Shown here: positions 36,477 to 50,678 of the stretch, piece by piece
Numbering within the stretch: position 1 is the stretch's first letter
How the letters are laid out: the number at the start of each line of letters is the position of its first letter
Assembly: GCA_016748015.1 (NCBI GenBank)
Contig: JAAOMT010000200.1
Location: forward strand, 494,984 to 558,983
Reading direction: 5' to 3'
DNA: 64,000 nt
Source of the DNA: Geosiphon pyriformis uo1
Taxonomy: Eukaryota; Fungi; Glomeromycota
The notes under the pieces: model-generated
What the model was told of the DNA's origin: nothing
What the model saw: the letters and a program-made list of their open reading frames with translations, nothing else
Databases searched by the model: none
Made by a program: the position numbers and the translations under genes

Positions 36477-39400
36477 CTATGCACCTATATGAACGGAAAC
36501 TGCATTTAAAGCACCAGAAACAAACAAACTAAATTTATGCAAACCAAATCTAATACCCAATGCATTGTCAATACCCAACAACCTGACAACCCCAGCCAAA
36601 TACAGGAAAAATAGACCAGAAATAGAAACTGACATAGAACCATCTCAAGGAATTAACCCATGTTTCTTTATAAAGGCATGATGTTTGACACAGACCAACC
36701 AAATCTCATCTCTAAAAGCCAGGCAGAAATCATGGACAAAGTCCACAATTTTCACACCAGCAAGTTTCAGATCACCAAAAACAGAAACCGCCTCAAAAAA
36801 CCAATCATTAAAAACAAAGTCTTTGCACAGAGCAACACGAACTGAGATGTCAAAAATGCATGAAAAAAGAGTTCACAGCACATGAGAAAAAAGGCAATAA
36901 AGGCCAGAAATACCTTCTCATTTAACTGCAAAATTACCAAACAGCCGACCACGACTAGCAAAGTCAAAATCACAAGAAAAGACATGGTCCAAGACCTCTA
37001 CACATCCACAATACAAACAAACCACATTAGGGTAACTCCTATCATAAAGGCATTTGTGAATGGCCACAGGCAGTCTACAATGCAGAGCCTTCATAAAGTA
37101 TGTGCACAAATCAGCAGTCTGTTTACTAGTGAAGCCAGCAGCCATGTGTAAATTGAGATACCAAACAGAAAAAAACCTGTGCCAATCAATATTACTGAGC
37201 AAATTGCCAGTGACAACTCTGGTACCTGAACCAAAATTCCAACATGAACGGTAAATGGACCAATAAATGTCACACACAAAATGCCTAGAATTACCTAAAA
37301 CAGGACTACCACTAGCCAGAATAAACCGCTCATCCAGCTGGAGGAGGGAAGAACCAAATCAGAAAAAGCTGCACGGCCAGCCAGTTCATCAGCCCGGTCA
37401 TTACTTATAACACCAAAATGTTCCTTAACTTTATACCAGCTAACATCCAACTTTTTAGCATGAACAAGATTAGCAATATGCTGATGCTCCACCCAACAAC
37501 TATTCCAAAAATCTGGATGTGCCAAACCCAATTCCGACCTGCAGGTGTCTAACACGGCCTGACTATCCAAAAATAAGCAAACTTTGCTAACTGCAAAAAC
37601 ACACTCAAGAGTGAGTGCAATAGCTTGCAATTCCACCAAAGTAGATAACAACAAACCCGAAACCTTAACACCCAAACCCATATTAATATTATTAAAAAAA
37701 ACTGCCACACCCAATTTAACACTGAGAGTACCCAAACCAGCCAAGGATCCATTAATATAAACTGAAAGGCTATTAGCACCCAATCCCAACAACCAATTAC
37801 AAACCAAGTCAAAATCAGTGGATTCCAAGACATTAGGAGCAAAAGAAACACCCACTGAACAGTCATGAACAGAAGAAGATAACTCCGCACTGCCAAGATA
37901 ACCAACAGAAACACTAAACCAATCAGGAATAAGGCCACATGGGTCCAGCCTTTTCCAATGCTTGAAAGTCTTCCAATCAAAAACAAGACCATTGCAATGG
38001 CACAATTGTTCCACAAAGGCAATTCTATACTGCCGAAGTGAGGAGAAACATTTAGAAAATTTCACCTTTCTAAGAACCAAAAACATGGGAGTACCATGGA
38101 AGAATCAGAATGCACTAGAGCCAAGACTACTAAAAGATAAACTGCAATTGGCAAAAATATGAATCACACCTGCCAGAAAATTGTTTGAGAGATTCAAATT
38201 TAAATGAGCTGGGAAGACCAAAGGGTGCACAGGACGCCAGCTCAGAGTCTGTAAATCATGAGACCTATGGAGAAACAAACGACTCAGGATTCCAACAGTA
38301 TTGGCAAACCACACTACAGACACCGATTTACTCTCAGCCTGAATCTGTTCAAAAGGTTTTAAGCCATAAAGAGAGGGGTAATGAAGAGCATCATTGGGGA
38401 AGTCCAAAGGAAGACCTGTTTTGAATTTGAAGTCTTTATAAATCAAAGCATCTCATTTACAGCAAACACTAAGGGGAACAAAACTAAACTGTGTTCTATA
38501 ACTGACGATAGGGTGAAAAACCACTGAAACCAAATATAAAAACTGCTTATCAGAGATGGTCTTCTTTAGGATAAGATTGGTAAAAAACCGAACATCTAAA
38601 TATGCCTTGGCCAAACTGGGCTTTGACAAACTATCTGTAGACAGAAAGATGTCCAAATACCAGTGAGGTTCTTCTTTCTTGGCAATAGAAATAGGTGCAC
38701 CACTGATCGTCAGAAAGGGGCTTACAACCCTGCAGTTAATGGGAATAACTACTGTCTTATCATTGTTTATTAAAATATTATTAATTCTAAAAAATTCACT
38801 AGCAATATTGAGAATGTGTTGTGTTGCAACCTGACTGCTGCCAACCCAAATTGTATTGTCCATGAAAGCACCAGCAGCAAAGAAAGAGAAAAAACCAGCT
38901 TGAAGTTCAACACAGCCAGTTTTAGCAACAAAATGAGAATTCAACCTATATCCACAAAATTTTTCTTGCCTCTTGACCTCACACAAAAGAGAATCATAAA
39001 ATATATGCCAGAGAAGAGGTGAGAACACTTCCCCTTGATCGAGACCATCATGGACTTGATAACCATCAGTTAGGCCAAAGTTAGTCATCACTCTATTGAC
39101 TTGGTTATTGTGAATGCCACCAAAAAATTGAATGAACCTGCCACACATTTTAATCCTAATCAGACTTCTTTTTAAATGCTTCCAGCCAACAGAATTATAG
39201 GCCTTCTTCATGTCCTGCAACACCAGCCAAAGCTCACGGTTCTTCTCCAGAGCATTCTTGACCACAGAGCCAACAGCAAAGATAGGAGACTGTGTCATCG
39301 TACCCTTTAAAACAGAAAAATTGTCCCTGCAGAGAACATTGTGAGTACTGCATGCCAAAAAAATTCTGTTCGAGAGAATTTTTGAAAGGATCTTACAAGC

Positions 39401-41160
39401 AGTTTCAATCAAAGCAATGGGTTGGGTGTTCATAAGAATTCCCTCCCACTCATAAGGTTTGGGGATTATAGACATCCAGGCTTCCTTCCAAGGACCAGGA
39501 ACTAACTCACGGAGCAAACAAAAATTTAAGAGCACCAACAACATATTCAGAACTGATCCATTACAATGCTTCCAAAGCTTGTTTGAAATATCAGACAAAC
39601 CAGCAGCCTTATCATTAGGCAAATCCGATACAACACTAAGCAACTCAACAGAACTAATGGGGTCCATTATTTCCAAAAATGCATCATCAAATACATACTC
39701 CAAGGATCAGTACTGGTGACATCAATCAGCAGAGACATCAGTGACCAACACATGTTTTCTGGTCCAGCCTTCCATGATAACATTTACCTTAGATTTAACT
39801 AAACTAGGTTCCAAAACCAGTTTATTATCGGCAACCAAGTGATCCAATACCACCTTGTGAAAGGAGCGCTCCAGAACACTCCTAATTGTATAACCTTTAT
39901 CCACCTCAAAACTTTCCATCCTCCTACTAACAGCTGACCTAATATGAGATTCTTTGACTCAGACAATTTAGAGGAACAATACAACTTCTTGACTCTGAAC
40001 AAGACAGATCTTATAACCTCAAAATGCGACCCTAAAAGAAAAAGAGACTCAAGCACAGAAGCATTTGTAGCATCCAACAAGTTTTATGTACTCAGTAATG
40101 CAACAAATTCTTCTAAGGAAACCAAATGTGATGCTTTAACTAGCTTGGACACCAAAAGTTCTAACTTGTAAAACTTAGAAGATTCCTTAGTAAACACATT
40201 ATCATAACTCTTGAACCATTTTTTTTTGAAAACATTATTCACTAACAAGCACACAATTTTGTGGATGACATTTCACATAGCATCCAGATCCAGAAACAAT
40301 AGAACAGCATCAAACTCGCACTTCAACATTGCTGCGGTGACAGCAAAAGATTCCTTGAATGCAGTCTATTTGGCAGCCATAGCATCCTTAAAATTGAACT
40401 TCCAATGATTTTTATTTGCCTGTTTACAAAGGGACATCAAATTAACATCCAAAAGACCACCCAGGCTCACGGAAACAATAACAGCTCTATGATCAGTATC
40501 AAAATATTCATTAACCCCAGTCATACTATGATCTAAGATTGCATTGACCAAGCTTGATGACACAAACACATAATCAATAGTCTTGGCCACCTCTCGAGAA
40601 TTGGTCCAAGTTGCATTCTTTCCAAACAAGCTCCCTTCCAAGGCATTGACCAAACCCAAATCAAAACATTTCCTGAAACTAACACATCTGTGAGAGCCAT
40701 CTTCATTGAAATTGCTGCCCAATATCATAAAAGAAGACTTATTAACAGCTTTAGCAATCAAAAAATTTATCTCATCTGCTTGTGAAAAGCACGTAGATAC
40801 TGAAGCACCAGCATACAAACCCAGAATTGATACTGAAAGCCTATTTTTAAAAAGCAGCTTAACAGACAAAAGATGACCAGGAACCTCAAAAACTTTACAT
40901 ACATGTTTCGTCAGAGCGTTGTTCATAATGATCGCCATACCAGAACCAAGGTAACCAGAATCCAAACCAGAAATGAAGACCCGAACACAATCAAATTTAT
41001 TAGCAATCCAAGGCCGAACTTTATCTTTTAACTTTGTCTTAGTAACAATTGAAACCAAATTGTTCATATCTCTGTGCCAATGTATAATGTTTTCTTGCTT
41101 TGCTGAATTGTTCATTCCCCTGACATTACATGTGGCAATTTTCTATACTAAATTATTCAT
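36477..41160 (-). pseudogene. LINE ORF2: APE endonuclease, reverse transcriptase, RNase H, C-terminal zinc finger (disrupted)
   Basis: KIATCNVRGMN, ILGSNFN, TIDYVFVS and TDH (APE). QPIALIE, LQDMKKAYNSV, GLDQGEVFSPLLW and AFMDNT (RT). VYINGSL, ELQAIAL, DSQA and NDRADELA (RNase H). CLYCGCVEVLDHVFSC (zinc finger). Confidence 0.93.
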
Positions 41161-42979
41161 TGAGAAACAGAAAAGACTGCAGAACCCAAGCCAGTACACA
41201 TCTGATCTAACTTCTCCAATACCAAACAAACTAAAGCTTCAAGAGCCATCAACTTTGACTCCAAACAGTCCACTTTCGAAGTCAAAATTTTTAAACTACT
41301 CGAACCCAAACTTGAGACACCAGAAGAAACTGAGGAAGGAGGTAGAACCACAGACTTAAGTTCATCCAAAACCATATTCGAACCAAATTTTACATCAACT
41401 GAACCAGAGACAACCAAGGGCTGAGAGGAGAAGGAGAGCCAAGAGCACCAGGTTTAAATTGTCAAGTTTGTCAATAATACCAGACACTTTATCCATGAGA
41501 AGTTCCAAAAAGCACTCCAAAGAAGCGAGACGAGTTTTTAAAAATGAACTAACAAGCTCTGCAGGAGACGAGTGACCAGCCACACCTGAGGCACCAGAAG
41601 AAAAGCCAAGACCAGGACCAGAACCAAAGTAAGGACCATTAGACAACCTGGGCCCATGATTTGCTGCCGAATGCAGCCAGTTTAGAAATAGGCACACTCT
41701 TTTTCGCATACAGCTTGGCCAACTGGAGGCAATTCTCATCAGAGACAACTCTTTTAAATGACTTGGAAAGAGCAGGAGGAGTTGAGGTTACAGTATCACA
41801 CTCCAGCACAGAATGATCAAATTTCCCACACTGTTTACACCAAACCATGTCCAATCTAGCCCAAAACAGTCTCACCTCACCAAAAATAGGCTCCATACAA
41901 AATGCAGACTCTAATACCTCATCATTCTCAAAACAAATCACAGCACAACAAACCCTATTACCAGTGTCTAAGAATTGATTTATGACACAAGTTTTCTCAC
42001 CAGCCCCTACCAAAAGATTGCCAAGATCATGAGCTGTTGTTCCCACTGGCAAAGTAAACAAAAGTGCTCTATACCAATCTCTAAATGCCCATGTCTCATG
42101 ATCCTCTACAGCTTTGGCCATGGGCACTGAATCTTTCCCAATTAAGAATGACCACTTAGCTGCCAACTGATCTGCCAGACTCGATTCGGCAAACTCCACT
42201 ACAGCCTTCTGCCACAGCCCAATGAGTTGCAATTGGATTGACACTACTTGACCAAATTCAGATACTGCAGTGATGATCATTTTTTTTGGCATATCCATGA
42301 GAATTTCCTTGATAACTATGGCCCAATCTGAGCAAACTCTTTGTCTCTTAAGATCGCTGTTTACTACGATGTTATTTTCTTTGGCTAATGATGCGGCCTT
42401 TTTCATGCTTTCAGATGAAGTAAACATTGATTGGATGATCCCCTCAAATTTTGAGGGGGTGTTGGCCCTCCTAAAACTATTGATTGTTGAAAACAACTTT
42501 TTGATAACCTGAGTCTTGGCTGTAGCCAATTTCCTCTCCACAGCAGATAGATTGATATCCAAAGCAAATGACTTCTTCACCGCGACTTCCACCTGAGACT
42601 TGACAATTTTGGGATCCACCCACATCTTTTCTAGAGAGAAAGACAAATGGGAAAGAAGGGAAACTTCCTTCTCATTATCTATGTCATAACTAATAGAACC
42701 AATAGAGGAACCGATAGCCACACTAGTATTAAAATGCTTCGCATTGGGTGTATTCATTTGGGAGTCAGATGTGCTGTTACTATCAGAGACTTCTCCATCT
42801 GTATCTATGCTAGCAAACTATCTGTCCATACAAACAGACCCACTATCTTTGAGATTCTTATCCACACTTGAGGGTTTGATATTACTGAGAGACTTTTTGA
42901 CATTTTAAATCAAACCCCCACCAACCGAACCAGTGAACGAGACTCTGGCAGACCTTCTCTTAACACTAGGACCACTCAT
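41157..42979 (-). pseudogene. LINE ORF1 (RRM-like regions, CCHC knuckle, coiled coil), frameshifted
   Basis: MSGPSVKRRS start, WCKQCGKFDHSVLEC knuckle, ends at a TGA overlapping the ORF2 ATG. Confidence 0.88.
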
Positions 42980-43809
42980 AGTGGCAGCCGGTCTGACAAC
43001 AAAAGAATTTGTTTCTTGTAAAATAGTGGAAGACAGTATGCAAAAACAGAAAAAACTTCTTTCAAAATTTGATTTTTTTTTAGGAATTTGAGACAAAGAA
43101 GAGAAAGAAGTTTTTTTTACGGATTTTTTTACTTTTTTTAATTATATATTTAATAATATTTAATAATATAATAACTGTAAAAATAATATCTCTAAAATTT
43201 TAAATATTTAAATTATTTTAATTAAATTATTATTTAATTTTTTAATATATTTATTAAATTAATTAAAAATTTTATTATAATAATAATAAAGTTTTATTAT
43301 AATTAAAATTTAATTGGTTTTTTAAAAAAACAAATTAAAAATATTTTTAATTTAATAACTAATATTTTTTATTTTTTTTAATAAATAAAGCCTAATTATT
43401 ACTTAATATTATATACCAAATTAAATAGTTTAAATTAATATAATTTATATATTTTCTATATATAACTAGTTATTCAAATCAATTAAAACAATATTATATT
43501 TTTATTTTAACTAAAACATAACAATTTACACCAGAAAAAAATATATAAAGTTTATATAAATTATAAAAAATAACAACTATAGTATATATAATAAAAAAAA
43601 TACATATTTTTAATAAAAATAATTATTAAATAATAAATATATTCAATCAGTTCTTTTAAGCATTAAAATTTATTATATACATAAAAACATAATCAAAAAT
43701 TTTAATTTTATTATAATATAAATATAAAATACTAAAAAATTTTTTATTACATAAATATTTTTAAATTGCAATAAACAAAAATAATATAAAACTTTTATAA
43801 AATAAAGTA

Positions 43810-44480
43810 TGGAAAAATGGAGTTGTCAGATCATGTTTTTACTTGTGTTCAAGATGCTGGCATTCAAGAAAAAGTTTTGACTAAAGCCTTCACACAATGG
43901 ACTGTTTTGGCAGATGATTATGTTTTGTCTTTTTCTACTGTTTTGTGGGTGCTTTTTCATTGTTTGTTAAATTCTGGAACTTATGCTGTTATATACAAGA
44001 GATTTGTGCTAAGAGATTGGTTTACAGAGACTGTCAAGATTTTCGAAAATAAAAAGGAAGCCATTTTTGCTGTTGTAGATTTTGTAAAGTATCTAGTAAA
44101 GCTGTATTATTCTAGAGCATGGCTTATAAAGTCTAAGTTTCGGGTTAACATGGAAAGAGCCAGTTTGGTTGAGAATGGCAGTATGGTGTTAAGTTTGTCT
44201 TGTAGTAAGGTGTTGATGCTATTGGATAGTATGATCAGGATGCTTAATGTTATTGAGTCTTTTGCTATTAGTTTTGGTTATTGGAGGTCTTGTCTTTTTT
44301 ATTCTGATCTAAGTGGTAATATATATGTTAATATAAGTATGTAGTATTGTCTTGTCTGGCCTGAGTGGCTAGCTATATGTAGTAAGTACATGAATCATGT
44401 TTAGTTTAAGCCACTTAATTTGGTTCTATGTACTAAATAGTGGTTGGATTTTACTCATTAAATGTTCTAATAAAAAAATA
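43810..44480 (+). mobile_element. 5'-truncated LINE 3' fragment
   Basis: ORF 43817-44344 is the ORF2 C-terminus (ELSDHVFTC...IYVNISM), followed by the family 3' tail and an A-rich end. Confidence 0.88.
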
Positions 44481-47400
44481 TAAAATAAAAATACAAATTA
44501 GTTATTTATTTATTTGTAAATTTAGAAATTATATACAAATTAAAATATTAAACAATAAAATTTATACTTAATTAAGTTTTTAATTATATTTTTATTAATA
44601 ATATTAATATTAAGTTCAATTTTTTAATAATAAGCAGTTTTAAAAATATTACAAATAAAATACCAAGTATTCTTAAAAATAGCTATTTTATTAACTTTAA
44701 TAAATTTTATATAAATATTAATTAAAAGTACTTAAACAGAACTTAAAATAATATTGATAAGCTTATTAATTTCTTATTATCTAAAATACTTAAATAGTTT
44801 TTGATTTTAAATTATATAATATTAAAATTTTTATTTTTAATATTATTTAATTTATGATATTTTTTAAATTAATAACAATAACAGAAATTTGACAATATTA
44901 ATTTTAGTTCAAATAATAAATATTTAAAACAACTTAATTATTTGTGTTTATTACAATAATATTAGAATTTAAAACACATTTCAATATTAATACAATTATT
45001 TATAATTTAATTATTGTTAAAAAAACCAAATTATTTATTTTAATACTAACTTTCAAATTTATATTTATAAAAATACAGTTATAATACAATTTATTTCTAA
45101 TATATTCAAAATTTTTAATAAATTATCTGTATAAATATTAATTATATTTAAGTTTGATTCTAATAAACAATTTTTTACTTTAGCAAATAATTAATATATA
45201 TAAAATTTTTGGTAGTTTTATAAAAATATATAAAAATAGTTTAATATTGATTAATTTTTTTTTTAATTTAATAAGTACAGTTCAGTTACTATTTAGTATA
45301 CAAAATTAAATTAAGTAATTCTAATTAAATGTAATTTATGTGCTTACTATATATGACCAGTCACTTAAGTCAATCAAAACAATACTATGTATCTATATAT
45401 ATAATTAATCTATTATTGATATCTGAAAAAAAAAGACATTACAAATGCCTATTAAAATTAACTGGCATTAACTTAATAACATCTAGTATATAAATTACCT
45501 TATTAGACAAATTCATATATAAACTACTGCTTATTTTAGACACTATCTTATTATCATTAATAAGCTCAGTCTTTTTTGTCTTAAACCTAAATTTGGCCTA
45601 AACAGATCATATATCTCAGTAATAAGAATCAACCAATCAGCAAAAAAAAATCAATTAAAGCAGAAACTACTACTTTTCTATTACTATACATCAACAAAGC
45701 ATTTTTAATCCAATTTTTCATAACAAAATTCTTGTTGAACATTATGTATATTCTAATATCAGAAAAGCAAAAAAAAGAAACTAAATTACAAAAGATAACT
45801 TAGAAGTTATATTATTAACCATAAATAACCAAAACTTGATATAACTTATAATCAATTTTTTTTGCTAATTTGCATTATTTGAACATGTAAATAAATAATT
45901 TAAAAACTTCATATTTTTACAAAGTAAACAGAAAACATTCAAATATAACTTATTATACAGTTTTTTACAGACTATGATCAGAAGTCTTTCATAAACAGTC
46001 TTTATTATGTAAGTTCTAAGATTAATTATAGCTCTGTTAGTAATACCTATAAGCATATAAGAATTGGAATACCAAACCAGAGCTGTCTAAATTCAATTAA
46101 TATTACAAACAAAAAAATTAACAACAATACTAGTATTAAAGCCCACTTTCTAACATGTATTAAGAATTGTTTTATAAATGTCTTAAATAAAATAATAAGT
46201 ATTATCAAAAACAGTCAAGCCATTAACAACCAAATATCTCTTCATTATTTTAACAGAAAGTAACTAAGAAGAGCAAGTAGCAGCTCTAGCCAACTTATTA
46301 ATATATTTATTACTAAGAATATCTAAGTGTTTTTTAACTTTTGATCAAATTATCTTCAGATTTTTATTTACTATTAAATTAATAACATAATGTCTTTTTA
46401 TTTAATATTAATTGCAAAAGTCTGGTTTAGCTAAGCCAAGTTCTAAAATACAAGTATTAATAACCATCTAATTGTCAAGATACAGAATCACAGTACTAAA
46501 TAATAATACACATTTTAAAGCCAAAGCAATAGTCTGTAATTCAGTTATTGTAAAAAAAACTATATTAAAAATACCAACTTTGATGCTCTTATTTATATTT
46601 AAAAAATATGCAGCCACTTTTCTTACTACTTTTGCCAAGTCTAAATTCTTTAATAAGTTATTAGTGTACACTTTAAACATATCTATCTAAATCTTATGTA
46701 AAAAATTTTTCACAGATTTAAAGTTATCTAAATTTAAAACACTAGAAAACACCAAACTAGAAACAACCAATTCATTCTTAACAACAGATTCTAATTCATT
46801 TATAAAACCAGATACTGCAACAAACCAAGCCAGAACAAAACTTCTAAGATCTAATTTTTTCTAATAACAAAATGTTTTCTAGTTTATCAGCTTTCTATGC
46901 TTGTCCATAAGTTTGTCTCCAAAAACAATACCAAAATGCTTCAGAAAAACCACCATTTTATAATACACTGTTCTTTTCAAGATATCAGATATTATAAATC
47001 TGCCAGAACTGCAAAAAGTCTAAAGCAAATTGTTTATTAAAGAAAACTTATTATCTAGAAACACTCTTACCACTTTAGCAAAAAAATTGGTTATAGAATT
47101 AACTCTTAATTTAACAAAATACTGCAAAAAATTAACTGGAGTCCAGCCTAAAACCTGCAAGTTTAAGAAAAAATAATTAAACAATTGGCTTAGAATACTC
47201 TCTGAATTTGCAAAAAAAACAATCAAAGCTATTTTATTTTTAGTCTGCAATTTTTTAAAGAATTTTAAATTATACAACAGCAAATAGTATAAAATTTTAT
47301 TGAAAAAATTTCTAAACAATCCAGTTTTTTGTTTCAAGCTCTTTCTAATTAAAATATTTCGCTTGTAGCAAATACCAATTAAAATATAACTAAACTGCAT

Positions 47401-49707
47401 ACAGTATTTAACTATGAGCTATAAAATAACAAAGACCAAATAACAAAACTGCTTATCCGAAATAGTTTTTCTCAAAAACACATTCATAAAAAACCTGACA
47501 TCTAAATAAGCTTTGGCCAAACTAAGACTAAAAAAACCCTCAGTAAAAAAAAAAATCCTTAAATATTAGTGTGGTTTACTCTTTTTTGCAATAAAAATAA
47601 GATATTCACAAATACTCAATAATGTATTCTTTATCCTCTTGTTAATGAAAATGGCTACTGTTATATTATTATTAATTGAAATATTATTGAGTCTAAAGAA
47701 TTTGCTGGCAATGTTCAAAATGTATTAAGTTAAAGCTTAGCTATTTTTTACCTAAATAGTGTTATAAACAAAAATGCCTACTGCAAAAAATAATGTTTTC
47801 TTTCTTGTATTTTTTATCCTGCCAGTTTTGGCCACAAATTTTGTGTTAATTTGGTAACCACACAAATATTTATGTCTTTTTACTTTACACAAAAGGGAAT
47901 CATAAAATATTTTTCAAAAAAAAAAGGAAAAAACTTTATCCTGATCCAATCTATTATGCATACAATAATTTCTTAAAAGGCTAAAATCAGTTATAATTTT
48001 GTTTACTTTGTCCTAATGTATATTGCTAAAAAAATTAATAAACTGTTTACATATCTTAATATGTCTTAGACTGTTTTTTAAATAATGTTAACTAACTAAG
48101 TTATAAGCTTTTCATATATTTTATAGAACTAACTACAGCTTCCTATTTTTTTCCAATGCATCTTTAACTACTAAGCCAACTGTAAATACAGGAAACCGAA
48201 TTAAGATATCTTTTATCACCAAAAAATTATCCTTACAAAAAACATTAAAATTGCTGCATACAAAAGAAATTTGGTTTGAAAAAATTTTTGACAAAATTTT
48301 TTGGGCTGTTTTTATTAATACTATAGGTCTCATGTTAATTAACATATTATTTCAATTATATGGCTTTGGAATTATGAAAACTCACACTCTTTTCTATAAA
48401 GTGAAAATTATTTTAGCAATCAAACAAACATTTAGCAAAATCAAAAAACAAATTATGACTTTAGAACTACAGTGTTTTTACAGTTCATTCAAAATACCAA
48501 ACAAGTCAGCAGTTTTGCTATCTAACAACTTTTCTACTACTCAAACTAACTCTTTCATGCTAATATGTTCCATAATTCCAGAAAATATATCATCTTTAAC
48601 ATAGTCCAGAGGCTCATACTAACAAGACCAAAAAATTAGCACCACCTCAGACATTAATTTTTTTCTTGTCCAGTCTTCTATTATCACATTTACTTTGTTC
48701 TTTAGCAATTCAGATTTCAAAACCAATTTATTATCTACTATCAAATGATTTAATACTACTTTACAAAAAGGCTTTTTCATAATATTTCCAATCATCTGAC
48801 TTTTATCAGTACAAAAATTTTTCATTCTTTTATTAATAGCATTTCTAATTACAGTTGCCTTTAAAGTTTCAGATTTTTAATACTTGGATGCTTAATACTT
48901 TTTCTTAACAGTTAACAAATAGAGAAAAATATTTTTGTTTTTCATCTTACTTTTGATAAAAAAAAACAATAAGATAAATTTACCAATATTTAATTTTGAC
49001 CAAATTTGATCAAGATAATTAAACTTGAAAATGTTTTTTGAAAAAAATTATCTAACAATCTTTGAAACCAAAATTTCTAATTTGTAGAATTTAGAAAACT
49101 GTTTGTTCTTAACAATATTGCAGTTTTTAAACCATTTTTTGAAGAAAATTTTGTCTATAGACTTGATTATTACCTCTCTTAAAAAATTACACATTGCATC
49201 TAAATTATCCAAACTATTTGTATTCTGAAACTTATTCCACATACAAGACATCTTTTCTGCCAAGTATTTTTTGAACTAAGTCTATTTCAAATTATCTGTA
49301 TCTTTAAATCCAAACTTCTATCAGTTTCTGTTAATTTGCTTTCAGATAACATTTAAATGCTTATCAAAAAATTCATTCAAACCAAAAAAAACAACAACAG
49401 CTGAATAATTAATATTAAAAAAATCCAAAACATTCTTAATTTTTTGTCTAATTACAGTTATTAAAAGATGTTTATTAATAAAAATGTAATTGATAGTTTT
49501 TTTCATATTTCTAAAATTGCTCTATGTTGAAAGCTTAACCACTGGAAAACCTGATAGAAAATTATACAAACCCAACTCAAACTATTTCTTAAAACTTGTA
49601 CTCTATCTTATATTATTTCATTGAAATCACTTCTTAGTATTACATAAAAACTTGAATTAACTGTTTTAGCAATGTAAAAATTTACCTTAAAAATCTGGTC
49701 AAACCAC

Positions 49708-50576
49708 TGTTACTCATAAAAAGAAAACAGATATAGAAAATAGCAGACCAATGAGAGAATAGTATGTAACACGTGAGCATATTGCTCAGCAATATGGAGC
49801 AATATCAGAAATCATGGCATATTGCCCAGCAATATGGAGCAATATCAGAAAACATGGCACATTGCTCAGTAATGTGGAGTGATGTTAGAAATTAGAGCAT
49901 ATCACTCAGCAATATAAGCATTGCTCAAGAAATCATAGCACATTGCTTGGAAATGTGAGTGATCTCATAGAACATCAATTATGTATATATAGTGGTAGTA
50001 TTAAAAGTAAAAAAGACAGACCTCTCAGTTTAGATTTAATCTAAGCAACCTTCCATTCACAAAATATCAAATAAATAATTATTTACCATCTTAATCTACT
50101 CTCTACTATCAACACTTCATGTTGATAGTAATTAATACTTAACCATGCTGGAACAATAGCTCTTGATCACAGCTATTGATGGGATACTAACTTGCAATTG
50201 CTTTTGTTTATTTCTTTATTTTCTTTTATTTTTGTTTATTTTCTTTTTGTTATTTCTTTAGTTTTACTAAATTGATTAAGGATTAAGCACTGAGATACAG
50301 ACGTCATAAGGACTGGTAAAAAACCCATGAACAAGGGTAAAACACTCATAGATTTGAGGATAACTTACCAAGAAAATTACCAGCCACTATGCTAAGAAAA
50401 AAATTTGACGAAACTGCAGTTTCGGAAAGCTACGGATAAAACCATCAATTAAATCTCTGTCTATTATACAAAAGACTCCACAACAAAACCTTTAGATATC
50501 AACCCCAGAATACCAACCAAGCACCAAGTTATGGATTTATTATTTGACTTGAAACTCCAAATAATCATCTGTAACA
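49708..50576 (+). repeat. 5' LTR (869 bp) with ~40-bp palindrome-containing tandem repeats and a TATA-like TATATATAG
   Basis: Direct repeat of 58993-59862. Repeated CACATTGCTCAGCAATGTG-like unit at ~49775-49960. Confidence 0.95.
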
Positions 50577-50578
50577 TT

Positions 50579-50596
50579 TGGTGCTTCCTGTGAGAT
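50579..50596 (+). promoter_or_regulatory. Primer binding site
   Basis: TGGTGCTTCCTGTGAGAT, 2 nt after the LTR end and complementary to a tRNA ending ...GCACCA. Confidence 0.85.
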
Positions 50597-50678
50597 ATAA
50601 TCTTACAAAGAACCAGCACCAACAAATAAATCAACAGTAGTAGAATCAGAAAGTATAAGAGCAAACCATTTAGGATTC

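Larger units (their letters stand above)
36341..43135 (-). mobile_element. Full-length LINE, best-preserved copy
   Basis: 5' UTR, ORF1, ORF2, the family 3' tail, and poly(A) seen as the T-run at 36341-36356. Confidence 0.95.

Noticed and set aside
36380-36480. Hammerhead or HDV-like ribozyme in the LINE 3' tail
   Set aside because: CTGA and GAAA occur, but there is no CUGANGA core with correct stem geometry and no HDV nested pseudoknot was recognised.
49775-49960. CRISPR-like array of palindromic repeats
   Set aside because: Units are tandem with no unique spacers, lie in both LTRs of a eukaryotic retrotransposon, and there are no cas genes.
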